Source: Helicobacteraceae bacterium CG2_30_36_10
Lineage (GTDB): Bacteria; Campylobacterota; Campylobacteria; Campylobacterales; Sulfurimonadaceae
Direction: 5' to 3'
DNA length: 49,568 bases
NCBI GenBank assembly: GCA_001873135.1
Contig: MNYP01000147.1
Location: 1 to 49,568 of the forward strand
The notes under the pieces were generated by a model. That model worked only from the letters and a program-made list of their open reading frames with translations, did not search any database and was not told where the DNA came from. How positions within the stretch are numbered: position 1 is the stretch's first letter; the number at the start of each line of letters is the position of its first letter. Positions 35,776 through 45,170 of this stretch are shown here, one piece after another. A program made the position numbers and the translations under genes.

Positions 35776-35937
35776 ATGTTGGAAATGTTAAAAAGATACT
35801 CCTTGGCATTTATATTTCTTTTCGTGGTAATATTATTTATGCTACTTGGAACATTAGGTGTTAAACTATTTGGAGATATGATGATTAAGGACACAGGTGT
35901 TGCTATGGAGCCTAGAGTAGAAAAGGTTAGTTTATGA
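35776..35937 (+). CDS. Small 53-aa single-TM protein (absent from the ORF track)
   Basis: MLEMLKRYSLAFIFLFVVILFMLLGTLGVKLFGDMMIKDTGVAMEPRVEKVSL; ATG directly follows the upstream TAA, and the stop forms an ATGA overlap with the next gene. Confidence 0.72.
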   Translation: MLEMLKRYSLAFIFLFVVILFMLLGTLGVKLFGDMMIKDTGVAMEPRVEKVSL

Positions 35938-36236
35938 GTCTTACTATTATATTGATTGTTGCTGTTGTTCTAAGTTTAATCTTTCACTTTGTCGGGGTTT
36001 ATGCGGGCGCCAAAAAAACTGTTTGGTTTGTAATCGCCCTAATGTGGGCCGGAGCTATAAACATAACAATGAGTGAGGTAAAACCTAAGGGTTATAAAGA
36101 TATAGAAATAATGAAAGGAAAATATCAAAATACTGACATTATAATAGAAGAAGCTATGCCAGAAGTCTCAGTATATGAAATGATAAAAATCAAACAAAGC
36201 TTTCAAATCAATGAGCAAAGTCAGCCGTTAAAATAA
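35934..36236 (+). CDS. Hypothetical 2-TM protein
   Basis: AAGG SD, two hydrophobic helices. Confidence 0.78.
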   Translation: MSLTIILIVAVVLSLIFHFVGVYAGAKKTVWFVIALMWAGAINITMSEVKPKGYKDIEIMKGKYQNTDIIIEEAMPEVSVYEMIKIKQSFQINEQSQPLK

Positions 36237-36375
36237 GAGCAAAGAAAGTCTCAAACGTGTGCTCAACACAGCTCCAGTAGCAAAAAAGGGTATTCCCACT
36301 ATTTTATATTTCAAACATAATTAAAATAAAATGAATGTAGCAATGATTATGCGTAGCAAATGGTATAATCCCAGT

Positions 36376-37284
36376 ATGACTTCCATACTATTTTCGGTTA
36401 TAAGCATCTACATTTTTATAGTTCTGGGCTTTGTTGCGAAAATGAGCTTTAAAGAACAGATTGACGACAAAACTATTACGCTTATTAATGTTTATTTCTT
36501 ACAGGTTTTTCTTACCTTTTGGGGGCTTTTGCTTCGCCCAATTGACGTCACTCTGCTCTACGCTCCGAGTATCTATTTGCTTATAGTCGCGGTTGTAGTC
36601 GTTGTTTCGGCACTGCTAACCAAAAAACTTTTTGCTGATAAAAAAGAGTACTCCATCGCCACTGTTGCTGCTATCATCGGAAATACGGGGAACCTCGGCA
36701 TTCCTATAAACATCGCCATCTTTGGAGAAGAGTCTATTCCCTACACCACGGTTGTCAATCTTGTAAACGTTTTTGTGGTTTATACTCTCGGGGTTTATTA
36801 CTATTCACGCGGGAGTTTTGACGCTAAAACTTCACTCATAAACATAGTAAAACTTCCTATTTTATGGGCGGCGATTATTGCCATTATTTTAAGTGTAAAC
36901 CATTACGAGCCTTCGCAGATTATAAAAAACACTCTCATGATGGGAGCCTACGCTTCTATGACAATGCAGCTTTTTTTGTTTGGAATTTATCTTTATGGGA
37001 CAAAAATAAAAGAGATAAGCAAGACTTTAACCATTTGGGTTATGAGCATAAAGTTTCTTTTGCTTCCAGGTATCACTTTTTTAGTTCTCTACAACATCGA
37101 GCTTGATTCAATGATAAAAGGGATTATTTTTATAGAACTTATGATGCCTCTAGCCATAGCAAATGTAAATTTAGCCTCACTTTATGAGTGTTCACCAAGA
37201 GTTGTCACAGCCTTGGTCTTTGTCTCTTCTTTTACGTTTTTGGGTTTTATATTTGTCGGGGTTTGGGTTTTAGGTTTTTTATAG
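36376..37284 (+). CDS. AEC (auxin efflux carrier) family transporter
   Basis: GNTGNLGIP, KLPILWA, MMPLA; about 10 TM; start at MTSILF is uncertain. Confidence 0.87.
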   Translation: MTSILFSVISIYIFIVLGFVAKMSFKEQIDDKTITLINVYFLQVFLTFWGLLLRPIDVTLLYAPSIYLLIVAVVVVVSALLTKKLFADKKEYSIATVAAIIGNTGNLGIPINIAIFGEESIPYTTVVNLVNVFVVYTLGVYYYSRGSFDAKTSLINIVKLPILWAAIIAIILSVNHYEPSQIIKNTLMMGAYASMTMQLFLFGIYLYGTKIKEISKTLTIWVMSIKFLLLPGITFLVLYNIELDSMIKGIIFIELMMPLAIANVNLASLYECSPRVVTALVFVSSFTFLGFIFVGVWVLGFL

Positions 37285-37288
37285 GCTC

Positions 37289-37609
37289 TTAAGAACTCAT
37301 TATCTCGTAAGGTCGTTTTATTTCATTAATGACTTCATTTATGCTCATGTGACGGGATTTTCTTACAAACTCTTTTGCGTCTAAAAAAACCAAAACCGTA
37401 GGAATTGCAAAAACGCTGTAGTGTGTGGCGACATCTTGGCATGTGGAAATATCTATGCTTATTATCTCAAACTCAGAAAAATTTTTCTCAATAGCTTCTA
37501 ATAACTTTGGTTTTAATGCATGGCAAACACCACAAGTTGGAGCTGAAAAATAGAGCATAACCGCCATTTTTTCGTTTATAAGTTTGTCGATAGATTCTGT
37601 TGTTTGCAT
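37289..37609 (-). CDS. Thioredoxin-family protein
   Basis: FSAPTCGVC redox motif and IPT cis-Pro; start at MQTTES with AGGTG upstream. Confidence 0.88.
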   Translation of the reverse strand: MQTTESIDKLINEKMAVMLYFSAPTCGVCHALKPKLLEAIEKNFSEFEIISIDISTCQDVATHYSVFAIPTVLVFLDAKEFVRKSRHMSINEVINEIKRPYEIMSS

Positions 37610-37628
37610 ATAACACCTATTTGCTAAG

Positions 37629-37664
37629 ATTTCCACATGCCAACTAATCTTGGCATGTGGAAAT
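37629..37664. repeat. Inverted pair of the TTGGCATGTGGAAAT motif forming a 15-bp stem after tkt
   Basis: ATTTCCACATGCCAA-CTAATC-TTGGCATGTGGAAAT. Confidence 0.9.
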
Positions 37665-37672
37665 AAAAGCTA

Positions 37673-39589
37673 TTATATTTTTTCTAAAATGCTCTCTACC
37701 GTAAAACCGAACTTCTCAAATAGTTTCTCCGCCGGAGCTGAAGCGCCGAAACTCTCCATCGCGATTACTTCATCTGCCAATTTATACCACTCTAAACCGC
37801 GAGCGGCTTCTATGGCTATTTTTTTATTTTGAGGCTTGATAATAGAGCCAATATAGGCTTTGTCTTGTTCTATAAAAAGGTCATAACAAGGAACTGAAAC
37901 AACATCAACTTGAGTACCTTTGGCGTTAAGCGCCTCTTTTACTTTGAGTGCCAACTCAACCTCTGAACCCGATGCCATAAGCGTTAGAGTCGCATTTTCA
38001 TCACGAGCTAAAAGATAACCGCCTCTGCTTGCATCACCTATTACGGCATGTGGAAGGAGTGCGAGATTTTGGCGTGAACAGACAAAAGCTGATGGAGATT
38101 TGCTCATATTTAGGGCTACTTTCCATGCTATGACATTTTCTGCACCGTCCGCCGGTCTCCAAACATAAAAGTTTGGCAACGCGCGAAACTGGCTTAAATG
38201 CTCGATAGGCTGATGTGTCGGTCCATCTTCGCCTACACCGATACTGTCATGTGTCCAGATGAAAAACTGCTGAATTCCTGCTAATGCGGCAATTCGAGCT
38301 GCTGGTTTTAGGTAGTCTGAAAAGACAAAAAATGTAGCTGAAAACGGCATCAACGGACCATAAAGAGCCATTGCATTGACAATCGAAGCCATAGCATGTT
38401 CACGAATACCGAAGTAGATATTTCTACCCTTTGGGTAAACGCCCATGTCGTTAAGGCTTGTTTTATTTGAGGGTGCCAAATCGGCTGAACCGCCTAAAAA
38501 GCTTGGAAGACCCTTAGCAATAGCGTTCATAATTTTACCGTTAGTATTTCTTGTAGCGTCCGCTTTATCAAATGTCGGGTAATTTATTTGGGAAAAATCA
38601 GGATTTTGTAAAGCTTTTAAAGCTTCATTTTGTTCCATTAAAGGAAGCGTTTTTTGTCTGTGAATCCACTCTCGCTCTAAAAAATCACCCTCTTCAACGG
38701 CACATCTAAATCTTGTCAAAACATCTTCATCGACATGAAAACTTTTTGTCGCATCAAATCCACATGCCGTCTTTGCCTCGGCAATTATCTCAGTTCCAAG
38801 TGGTGCTCCGTGAGCGTGATGAGAACCTTCAAGTTTACCTGCACATTTTGCGATAAGAGTGTTTGCTATGATAATTGTAGGTTTTTTGTTTGCTTTTGCA
38901 GTTGTTAGACAAACGTCAATCTCATCAAAATCATGACCATCACACTCTAGAACATCCCAGCCTTGGGACTCGAAACGACCACGGATATTTTCACTTATGC
39001 TTAAATCTGTTGAACCTTCGATAGTAATACGGTTTGAATCGTAAATAAGGATAAGGTTATCAAGTTTATTATGTCCTGCAAGAGAGCTGGCTTCATAGCT
39101 TATGCCCTCTTCTAAATCGCCGTCGCCGCATAAACAGTAAACCTTATGATCAATTAGTAGAGCCGTTTCAGAGTTTACCTGAGCGCCGACAAATTTTGAA
39201 GCCATTGAAAAACCGACAGCATTGGCAATACCTTGACCTAAGGGACCTGTAGTAATTTCAATACCTTCAGTATGTCCATACTCCGGATGACCGGGAGTTT
39301 TAGAGTCTAGCTGACGGAAGTTTTTCAAGTCACTAATCTCTAAGCCGTATCCCCAAAGATAGTAAAGTGAGTAGATAAGACCTGTCGCATGTCCGCCTGA
39401 GAAAACTAATCTGTCGCGATTGAGCCAATGAGGATTTTTAGGATTATGATTTAAATGTTCGCTTAAAACTACTGCGACGTCTGCTAGACCCATTGGAGCA
39501 CCTGGGTGACCTGAAGAAGCACGCTGAACCATATCTGCTGCTAAAAATCTTATACTATTTGCCATCTTTTGACGCATTACATTACTCAT
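37673..39589 (-). CDS. tkt: Transketolase
   Basis: SGHPG, GDGDLEEG, THDSIGVGEDGPTHQP. Confidence 0.98.
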   Translation of the reverse strand: MSNVMRQKMANSIRFLAADMVQRASSGHPGAPMGLADVAVVLSEHLNHNPKNPHWLNRDRLVFSGGHATGLIYSLYYLWGYGLEISDLKNFRQLDSKTPGHPEYGHTEGIEITTGPLGQGIANAVGFSMASKFVGAQVNSETALLIDHKVYCLCGDGDLEEGISYEASSLAGHNKLDNLILIYDSNRITIEGSTDLSISENIRGRFESQGWDVLECDGHDFDEIDVCLTTAKANKKPTIIIANTLIAKCAGKLEGSHHAHGAPLGTEIIAEAKTACGFDATKSFHVDEDVLTRFRCAVEEGDFLEREWIHRQKTLPLMEQNEALKALQNPDFSQINYPTFDKADATRNTNGKIMNAIAKGLPSFLGGSADLAPSNKTSLNDMGVYPKGRNIYFGIREHAMASIVNAMALYGPLMPFSATFFVFSDYLKPAARIAALAGIQQFFIWTHDSIGVGEDGPTHQPIEHLSQFRALPNFYVWRPADGAENVIAWKVALNMSKSPSAFVCSRQNLALLPHAVIGDASRGGYLLARDENATLTLMASGSEVELALKVKEALNAKGTQVDVVSVPCYDLFIEQDKAYIGSIIKPQNKKIAIEAARGLEWYKLADEVIAMESFGASAPAEKLFEKFGFTVESILEKI

Positions 39590-39606
39590 ATTATATTTAC
39601 CTTATT

Positions 39607-40461
39607 TTAGTTTTTTGTTTTATGCCTATTTATATATTGTGTAAGAAGCGGTGAGAGTTCGTATTGTAAATTCTTATCAAAACTCTCTAACTCTTCAAGA
39701 AGCTCTTGGGCTAGAATATCAGCTTCGCCTATAGCTTTTTCTAAACCTAAAATAGTTACAAAACTATTTTTTTCTTCATCGTTATTTGTAAGTTTTCCAG
39801 CCTCTTCTGAGCTCTGTGTAACATCCAAAATATCATCTTGAATTTGAAACAAAAGACCAACTTTTATACCAAAGTCATAAAGTTTCTCACCTAGTTTCTC
39901 TTTGCCAACTATAATGGCACCCATTTTAAGTGAAGCGGCTATAAGTTTTGCCGTTTTATTTGTATGCAGAAATTTTATATCTTCCACCTGAAGCGGCCTG
40001 TTTTCAAAGTAGCAGTCTATTGCCTGACCTAAAACCATGCCGTTTAAACCGCCGTTAGTTGCCAACTCTCGAATAAGGGCAACTCTTGTGTAGTCCGAAA
40101 ATGGTGCATTGCTTAAAACTTCAAAAGAGTAAGTGTTGAGCGCATCTCCGACTAAAATAGCCGTAACTTCGTCAAATTCCACATGCAGTGTTGGCTTGCC
40201 CCGACGCAGAGGTGAGTTGTCCATTGCAGGCAGGTCATCATGAATAAGTGAATAGGTATGAAGAAGCTCTATGGCGTAAGCCGCATGCATTGCTCCCTCT
40301 TCTAAGAGAGAGTTATAAGAGTTTACAACACCGAGTAAAAGTGCAGGACGAAATCTCTTTCCGCCAGCTATAAGCATCTGCCCAAGGGCTTTTTCATAAC
40401 TGGGGTGTATACTCTTTGAAACCGGTAAATTATCCAATAAGAAATTCTCAAACTTTTGCAT
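39607..40461 (-). CDS. ispA: Farnesyl diphosphate synthase / geranyltranstransferase
   Basis: GGKRFRP, SLIHDDLPAMD, RRG, FQIQDDILD. Confidence 0.93.
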   Translation of the reverse strand: MQKFENFLLDNLPVSKSIHPSYEKALGQMLIAGGKRFRPALLLGVVNSYNSLLEEGAMHAAYAIELLHTYSLIHDDLPAMDNSPLRRGKPTLHVEFDEVTAILVGDALNTYSFEVLSNAPFSDYTRVALIRELATNGGLNGMVLGQAIDCYFENRPLQVEDIKFLHTNKTAKLIAASLKMGAIIVGKEKLGEKLYDFGIKVGLLFQIQDDILDVTQSSEEAGKLTNNDEEKNSFVTILGLEKAIGEADILAQELLEELESFDKNLQYELSPLLTQYINRHKTKN

Positions 40462-40473
40462 GTGGAATGTTAT

Positions 40474-41457
40474 CTAATTTATTTGTACAAAAAACTGAAA
40501 ATGCTCTCTCTCAAAGAGTAAAGATGCATAATCTTCAAAATCTGAAATATTATCTATTATATCTTGTTTATTTTTAATGCTTTTTCCATTTACCTGCATT
40601 AGTTTATCACCAAGTTTTAGGGCGTAATTATTGACCCTATTGTCAATCTTAATAATGTTTAAATCTTTATCAAAAAGCCATCCGAATTGTTCTAAAAAAG
40701 TATCACTTTTATAACCGCCACTGTATAGTTTTTTGCTAGTAATTTTAATGTCCAATATTTCTGAGCCGCGTTTGATTTTTACTATATGGGCTGATCCAAC
40801 TTTAGCAAAGAGTATCTCTCTCATCAAAGAAGCGCTGTTATATATTTTTTTACCGTCTAAAAATAATATGCAATCATCTTTTTTAAAGGGATTATTTTTC
40901 ATGAACGGGTCGACAGCAGCTACAACAACAAGATTTTTTTCATCTTGCACTCTTATGCCGATATCTGCATACTCTGTATCTTTCGTTGTTAAAAACCTTT
41001 GAATATACTCTTTTTCTATGATGCCTCTTGGGGTTACGATACCTTCTAAACCGCAGCAGCTATTTGTTAGCAAAGCCGGTGAATGAAGTGGCTCACTAAA
41101 AGTGGCAAAACTATTTAGCCCAATCTGATTTTTAACTATTTTGCCTTCTATTGCCGTTGTTTTATCTACAGAGGCTTGCCCCAAAGAGAGATGATTATTT
41201 ATTCTAAAAGGATACTTAAACCCACTCTTCTCTTCTACTAAATATAAAGATAAAAATGGGTCGTGTTTAAGTATTTTGGCATGTGGAGTTTTAAGAGAAA
41301 AAATAACTCTTTTGTTGTTATTTACTGGAATTTGAAGTGTTTGGTTTACAATGGAGTTAGAGTCGATAATTTTTTGTTTACAAGAGTCATATCCACCCTC
41401 GCAAGAAGCTTGAAGATTAAAAAGTACAAAGCTGAGAGCTAAAAATAGCTTTAACAC
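40474..41457 (-). CDS. Periplasmic PDZ-domain protein
   Basis: Signal peptide, ADIGIRV..KDDCIL..DG PDZ-like segment; sits between ybaB and ispA. Confidence 0.8.
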   Translation of the reverse strand: MLKLFLALSFVLFNLQASCEGGYDSCKQKIIDSNSIVNQTLQIPVNNNKRVIFSLKTPHAKILKHDPFLSLYLVEEKSGFKYPFRINNHLSLGQASVDKTTAIEGKIVKNQIGLNSFATFSEPLHSPALLTNSCCGLEGIVTPRGIIEKEYIQRFLTTKDTEYADIGIRVQDEKNLVVVAAVDPFMKNNPFKKDDCILFLDGKKIYNSASLMREILFAKVGSAHIVKIKRGSEILDIKITSKKLYSGGYKSDTFLEQFGWLFDKDLNIIKIDNRVNNYALKLGDKLMQVNGKSIKNKQDIIDNISDFEDYASLLFEREHFQFFVQIN

Positions 41458-41757
41458 CTATTTACTACCAAATGGGTTTATCCCGCCTAACATACCCATA
41501 GCACTATTTTGTTGAACCATTTTATAGGCATCATTTATGGCACCCATAAGCAAAATTTGGAGTGAAGCTTTATCGTTAAGCAGTGAATCATCAACTATTA
41601 AATCAATTACTTCACCTTTGCCGTTGATGCTCACTTTGACTAAGCCTCCGCCACTTTTAACACTAAAAGTTTTAGATTCCAGTTCAGATTGAAGTTTTGA
41701 TGCATTCTCTTGCATCCCCTCAAGCATTTTACCGATATCGCCAATTTTGCCAAACAT
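41458..41757 (-). CDS. ybaB: YbaB/EbfC nucleoid-associated protein
   Basis: SGGGLVKVSING, AINDA. Confidence 0.92.
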   Translation of the reverse strand: MFGKIGDIGKMLEGMQENASKLQSELESKTFSVKSGGGLVKVSINGKGEVIDLIVDDSLLNDKASLQILLMGAINDAYKMVQQNSAMGMLGGINPFGSK

Positions 41758-41759
41758 TG

Positions 41760-42125
41760 TTAGATGTTCTCTGCCAAATGGTCTATATTGTTATCATCAT
41801 CTAAAATAACAACTTTAGGCTTATACTCTAGCAAATCTTTTTCATCATAAGTTGCATAGGCAACAATAATTACTTTATCACCCTTATGAACTTTTCTAGC
41901 AGCTGCACCGTTAAGGCAGATATCTCTCTTTCCACGTTCGCCCAAAATAATGTAAGTTGAAAATCGCTCGCCATTGTTCACGTTGAGTATTTCAACTTTT
42001 TGTCCAACTCTCATCTTAGCAGCTTCCATAAGCTCTACATCTATAGTGATAGAACCGACATAATTTAAATTAGCGTCAGTTACTGTAGCGCGATGAATTT
42101 TGCTATAAAGCATCTCTATTGTCAT
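41760..42125 (-). CDS. panD: Aspartate 1-decarboxylase
   Basis: [16 protein letters not shown] (G-S cleavage site), NGAAAR. Confidence 0.97.
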   Translation of the reverse strand: MTIEMLYSKIHRATVTDANLNYVGSITIDVELMEAAKMRVGQKVEILNVNNGERFSTYIILGERGKRDICLNGAAARKVHKGDKVIIVAYATYDEKDLLEYKPKVVILDDDNNIDHLAENI

Positions 42126-42134
42126 AAAGTCTCC

Positions 42135-42509
42135 TTATCTTCCCATCTGCTTTTTCATCTCAGCTGGCGTTATTGGCGCATCCCATAGTTCAGAACTAAT
42201 AACATACTCTTCAACAACATTTCCACCAATAATATGTTCCGCAACAATACGGTCTATTTTTTCTTTTGTAAGGTTGGCATACATTATGCGTCCTGGCTCA
42301 ACAAGCATTATTGGACCGGCGTTACAGCGGTTCATACAAGAAGTACGAATCGGTTGAACTGTTCCCATAATTCCCTCTTTCATAATTACTTGTGCTAAAT
42401 GCTGAAAGAGATCTTGTGTAGATGCTGTTACACATGAGGGTTTTGGCATACCCGGAGGAGCTGACTGCTCACATTTGAATATGTAAAATGCTGGTTGAGG
42501 AATTCCCAT
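42135..42509 (-). CDS. Thioredoxin-like [2Fe-2S] ferredoxin
   Basis: C-x12-C...CMNRCNAGP; start at MGIPQP with AAGGA. Confidence 0.87.
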   Translation of the reverse strand: MGIPQPAFYIFKCEQSAPPGMPKPSCVTASTQDLFQHLAQVIMKEGIMGTVQPIRTSCMNRCNAGPIMLVEPGRIMYANLTKEKIDRIVAEHIIGGNVVEEYVISSELWDAPITPAEMKKQMGR

Positions 42510-42659
42510 AAAATATAATCCTTGATTTTTGGTGCAATTATAGCAAAAATTCATCTACAAATTCTCACTCATAAAAATAAGTTTACAACTTTAAGCTTCT
42601 GCGTAACTTTTTAAGATACAATTTTGACTATTATACACTTTAAGAGGGAACTTCAAAAC

Positions 42660-43202
42660 TTGAAAAAAATCATATTTTCCTTACTACTTTTTACTTCTTT
42701 GTATTCTGACGCGAGCATCTATATTGGCTCTAGTTATGGATATATCAATGAAAAATTTGACACAGACCATGATGCACAAAGTTCATCAAATATGGCAAAA
42801 CTAAAAATCGGATATGGCGATAGAGATGCATATGGCATAGAATTTTCTATTGACTACATAGATAATACATCAAAAATATTTTCAAAACAAGATGGCAAAA
42901 AATATGCAATGAACATTGAGTTAGTAAAAGCATTTGATTTTAACACCTTTGTAAATCCTTTTTTTAAGGTTGGCTTTGGGTCAGGGTTTTTGGATATTCA
43001 AAGAGAGTTTCAAACTAAACTCAATTATGGTTCGTTTAATCTTGGTGCGGGAATATTTATACCAATGAATGAGCACTTTGAACTTGAGGTTGGATATGAT
43101 TATAAAGCTATCTCATATGAAAGCATAGACACCATCGTTGAAAAGATTCGCTTGTCATCAAATACCAATACGATTTATATGGGTTTCAACGTAAGATTTT
43201 AG
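42660..43202 (+). CDS. Outer-membrane beta-barrel protein (8-strand type)
   Basis: Signal peptide, NPFFKVGFG, NLGAG, C-terminal YMGFNVRF; TTG start inferred. Confidence 0.82.
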   Translation: MKKIIFSLLLFTSLYSDASIYIGSSYGYINEKFDTDHDAQSSSNMAKLKIGYGDRDAYGIEFSIDYIDNTSKIFSKQDGKKYAMNIELVKAFDFNTFVNPFFKVGFGSGFLDIQREFQTKLNYGSFNLGAGIFIPMNEHFELEVGYDYKAISYESIDTIVEKIRLSSNTNTIYMGFNVRF

Positions 43203-43210
43203 GGAGATTT

Positions 43211-43825
43211 ATGAAAACAATTACAAGCTTTTTTTTAGCGCTGACAGCAACTTTTTTTATCTCATGTGGAGAAAACAGTGACGCTCAGATTATTACAGAT
43301 GTTGAGAGTTTAAAAATTAATGAGTCAAATGTGAGTATGTATTCTACAGATAACAACATTAATCTGAGTGCTACAGTTTATTATAAAGATGGCTCAAATG
43401 CAGATGCAACAGCATTTGTATCGTGGAGAAGTTCAGATACGGCTATCGCCAATGTATCTAATGGAAGTGTTGCGGTTGGTTCTAGAAATGGCGGTGATAC
43501 AAACATTACCGTTAGTTATGAGAATATCACTAGTTTACCCACTCATCTAAATATAATAACATTAAATGATTATACTATATCAATGATTGACGCAGATGCA
43601 AACGCTACTGGAACATACCAACTTTTAGCCACAGCAACATTTGAAGATAATAAGACTAAAGTTATAGAAAAAAATATAGTTTGGGATGTTAATAATAGTG
43701 CCATAGTATCAGGAGTAGGTAGCTTAACTACGGTGCAGATAGTCTCAACCGGCGATACGAATATTACATCAACACTATTTAATGATATTAATATGACTAA
43801 AACTATTATTTACACCGTGAACTAA
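43211..43825 (+). CDS. Lipoprotein with two bacterial Ig-like (Big_2-like) domains
   Basis: Lipobox FISC; VSWRSSDTAIANVSNG; repeated ATxxxxD...W...GDTNIT. Confidence 0.82.
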   Translation: MKTITSFFLALTATFFISCGENSDAQIITDVESLKINESNVSMYSTDNNINLSATVYYKDGSNADATAFVSWRSSDTAIANVSNGSVAVGSRNGGDTNITVSYENITSLPTHLNIITLNDYTISMIDADANATGTYQLLATATFEDNKTKVIEKNIVWDVNNSAIVSGVGSLTTVQIVSTGDTNITSTLFNDINMTKTIIYTVN

Positions 43826-43835
43826 GGTTAAACTT

Positions 43836-43862
43836 TTTTAAGTCTAATGATTAGGCTTAAAA
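43836..43862. terminator. Bidirectional terminator between converging genes
   Basis: TTTTAAGTCTAA-TGA-TTAGGCTTAAAA. Confidence 0.6.
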
Positions 43863-43874
43863 GAACAAGCTTAC

Positions 43875-45170
43875 TTATTGAATATTTAAAAGTTCTCTTA
43901 CAACTTCTCTATCATCAAAAGGAAACTTTTGGTCATATATTATCTGGTACGCTTCATCGCCTTTTCCTAATATCACGACAACTTGCGTCTCTTCTTGATC
44001 GTTGAGTGCCATTTGAATCGCTTTTTTTCTATTTAATTCCACTGTAACGTTTGATTTATCTTCTATTCCACTCAGAATATCTTCTATTATCAGTTCAGGG
44101 TCTTCATTTCTTGGGTTGTCACTGGTAATATAAATTTTTTTAGCAAGACTAGCAGCAACTCGGCCCATCATTGGTCTTTTTATTCTATCTCTGTCTCCTC
44201 CTGCACCGAAAACTACAAGCAACTCTTTTTCTTTTAATGCATTTAGAACTTGCTGCATACCGTCTGGAGTGTGTGCAAAATCAACAATAACATTTGGACT
44301 CTCACAAACTTGTTCCATTCTGCCGCTTACTCCGGCAAAATTATCTACAACTTCAGCTACTTCTTCTAATTTGCGTCCAGTTAAGATATGAACGGCGCCG
44401 ATGGCTGCCATTAAATTATAAAGATTAAAAAAACCATGTAAAGAGGCTGTAAATGGAACTATTGCCTGAAAATGCTGAATTATCCCGCTTGAAGCATTAT
44501 TGAGTGAATATGCCATCAGTCTATAAGTTGCAGGATTTTCAATACCGTAAGTAAAAGTATTTTTTATGTTGAAAGAGGCTTTAGATTCATCTTTATTGAT
44601 TAATTTTTTGCCGGCATCTTGAAAAAAGCTATTTTTAACAGATATATACTCAGCTAATGTTTTATGATAGTCTAAGTGGTCTTGTGTAATATTTGTTAAT
44701 ATTTTGAGTGCAAAATTGAGTCCTTCAACTCTTTTTTGCACTATGGCATGGGAACTGACTTCCATAATGAAATATTCACATCCAGCTAGTACCGCTTGAT
44801 AAATATGCTTATAAGTGTTTAAAACGGAGGGTGTGGTCAGCGATTTACCCTCTACGGCTTCATCATTCATAAAGAGTCCGCGAGTTCCCTGCATTGCAAC
44901 CTTATAACCTAAATCAAGCAAAAAGGAATATATTGCACTCGCTGTAGTAGTTTTACCGTTTGTGCCGGTAATTCCAATAATTTTTATTTTATCTGTACCA
45001 AAAAGCTCTGCTATATCTTCAATATTTACGATTGAATGTGCATTGTTATCTTTAGCATTTTGAAGGTATTTTTCATTTTGGGTTGTTAATACAAAGGCAG
45101 TATTTTCATCACAATCTTTTGAATTTTCACTTACATATAGGTAATCCTGATTTGGCAACTCAATTTTCAA
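43875..45170 (-). CDS. murE: UDP-MurNAc-tripeptide (DAP) ligase
   Basis: GITGTNGKTT, MEVSSH, DFAHTPD, DNPR (DAP specificity). Confidence 0.97.
   Translation of the reverse strand: MKIELPNQDYLYVSENSKDCDENTAFVLTTQNEKYLQNAKDNNAHSIVNIEDIAELFGTDKIKIIGITGTNGKTTTASAIYSFLLDLGYKVAMQGTRGLFMNDEAVEGKSLTTPSVLNTYKHIYQAVLAGCEYFIMEVSSHAIVQKRVEGLNFALKILTNITQDHLDYHKTLAEYISVKNSFFQDAGKKLINKDESKASFNIKNTFTYGIENPATYRLMAYSLNNASSGIIQHFQAIVPFTASLHGFFNLYNLMAAIGAVHILTGRKLEEVAEVVDNFAGVSGRMEQVCESPNVIVDFAHTPDGMQQVLNALKEKELLVVFGAGGDRDRIKRPMMGRVAASLAKKIYITSDNPRNEDPELIIEDILSGIEDKSNVTVELNRKKAIQMALNDQEETQVVVILGKGDEAYQIIYDQKFPFDDREVVRELLNIQ

Noticed and set aside
37650-37832. ORF-track entry starting MACGN (and 47300..47485 containing LACGN)
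   Set aside because: These are artefacts of reading through the repeat motif, antisense to real genes.
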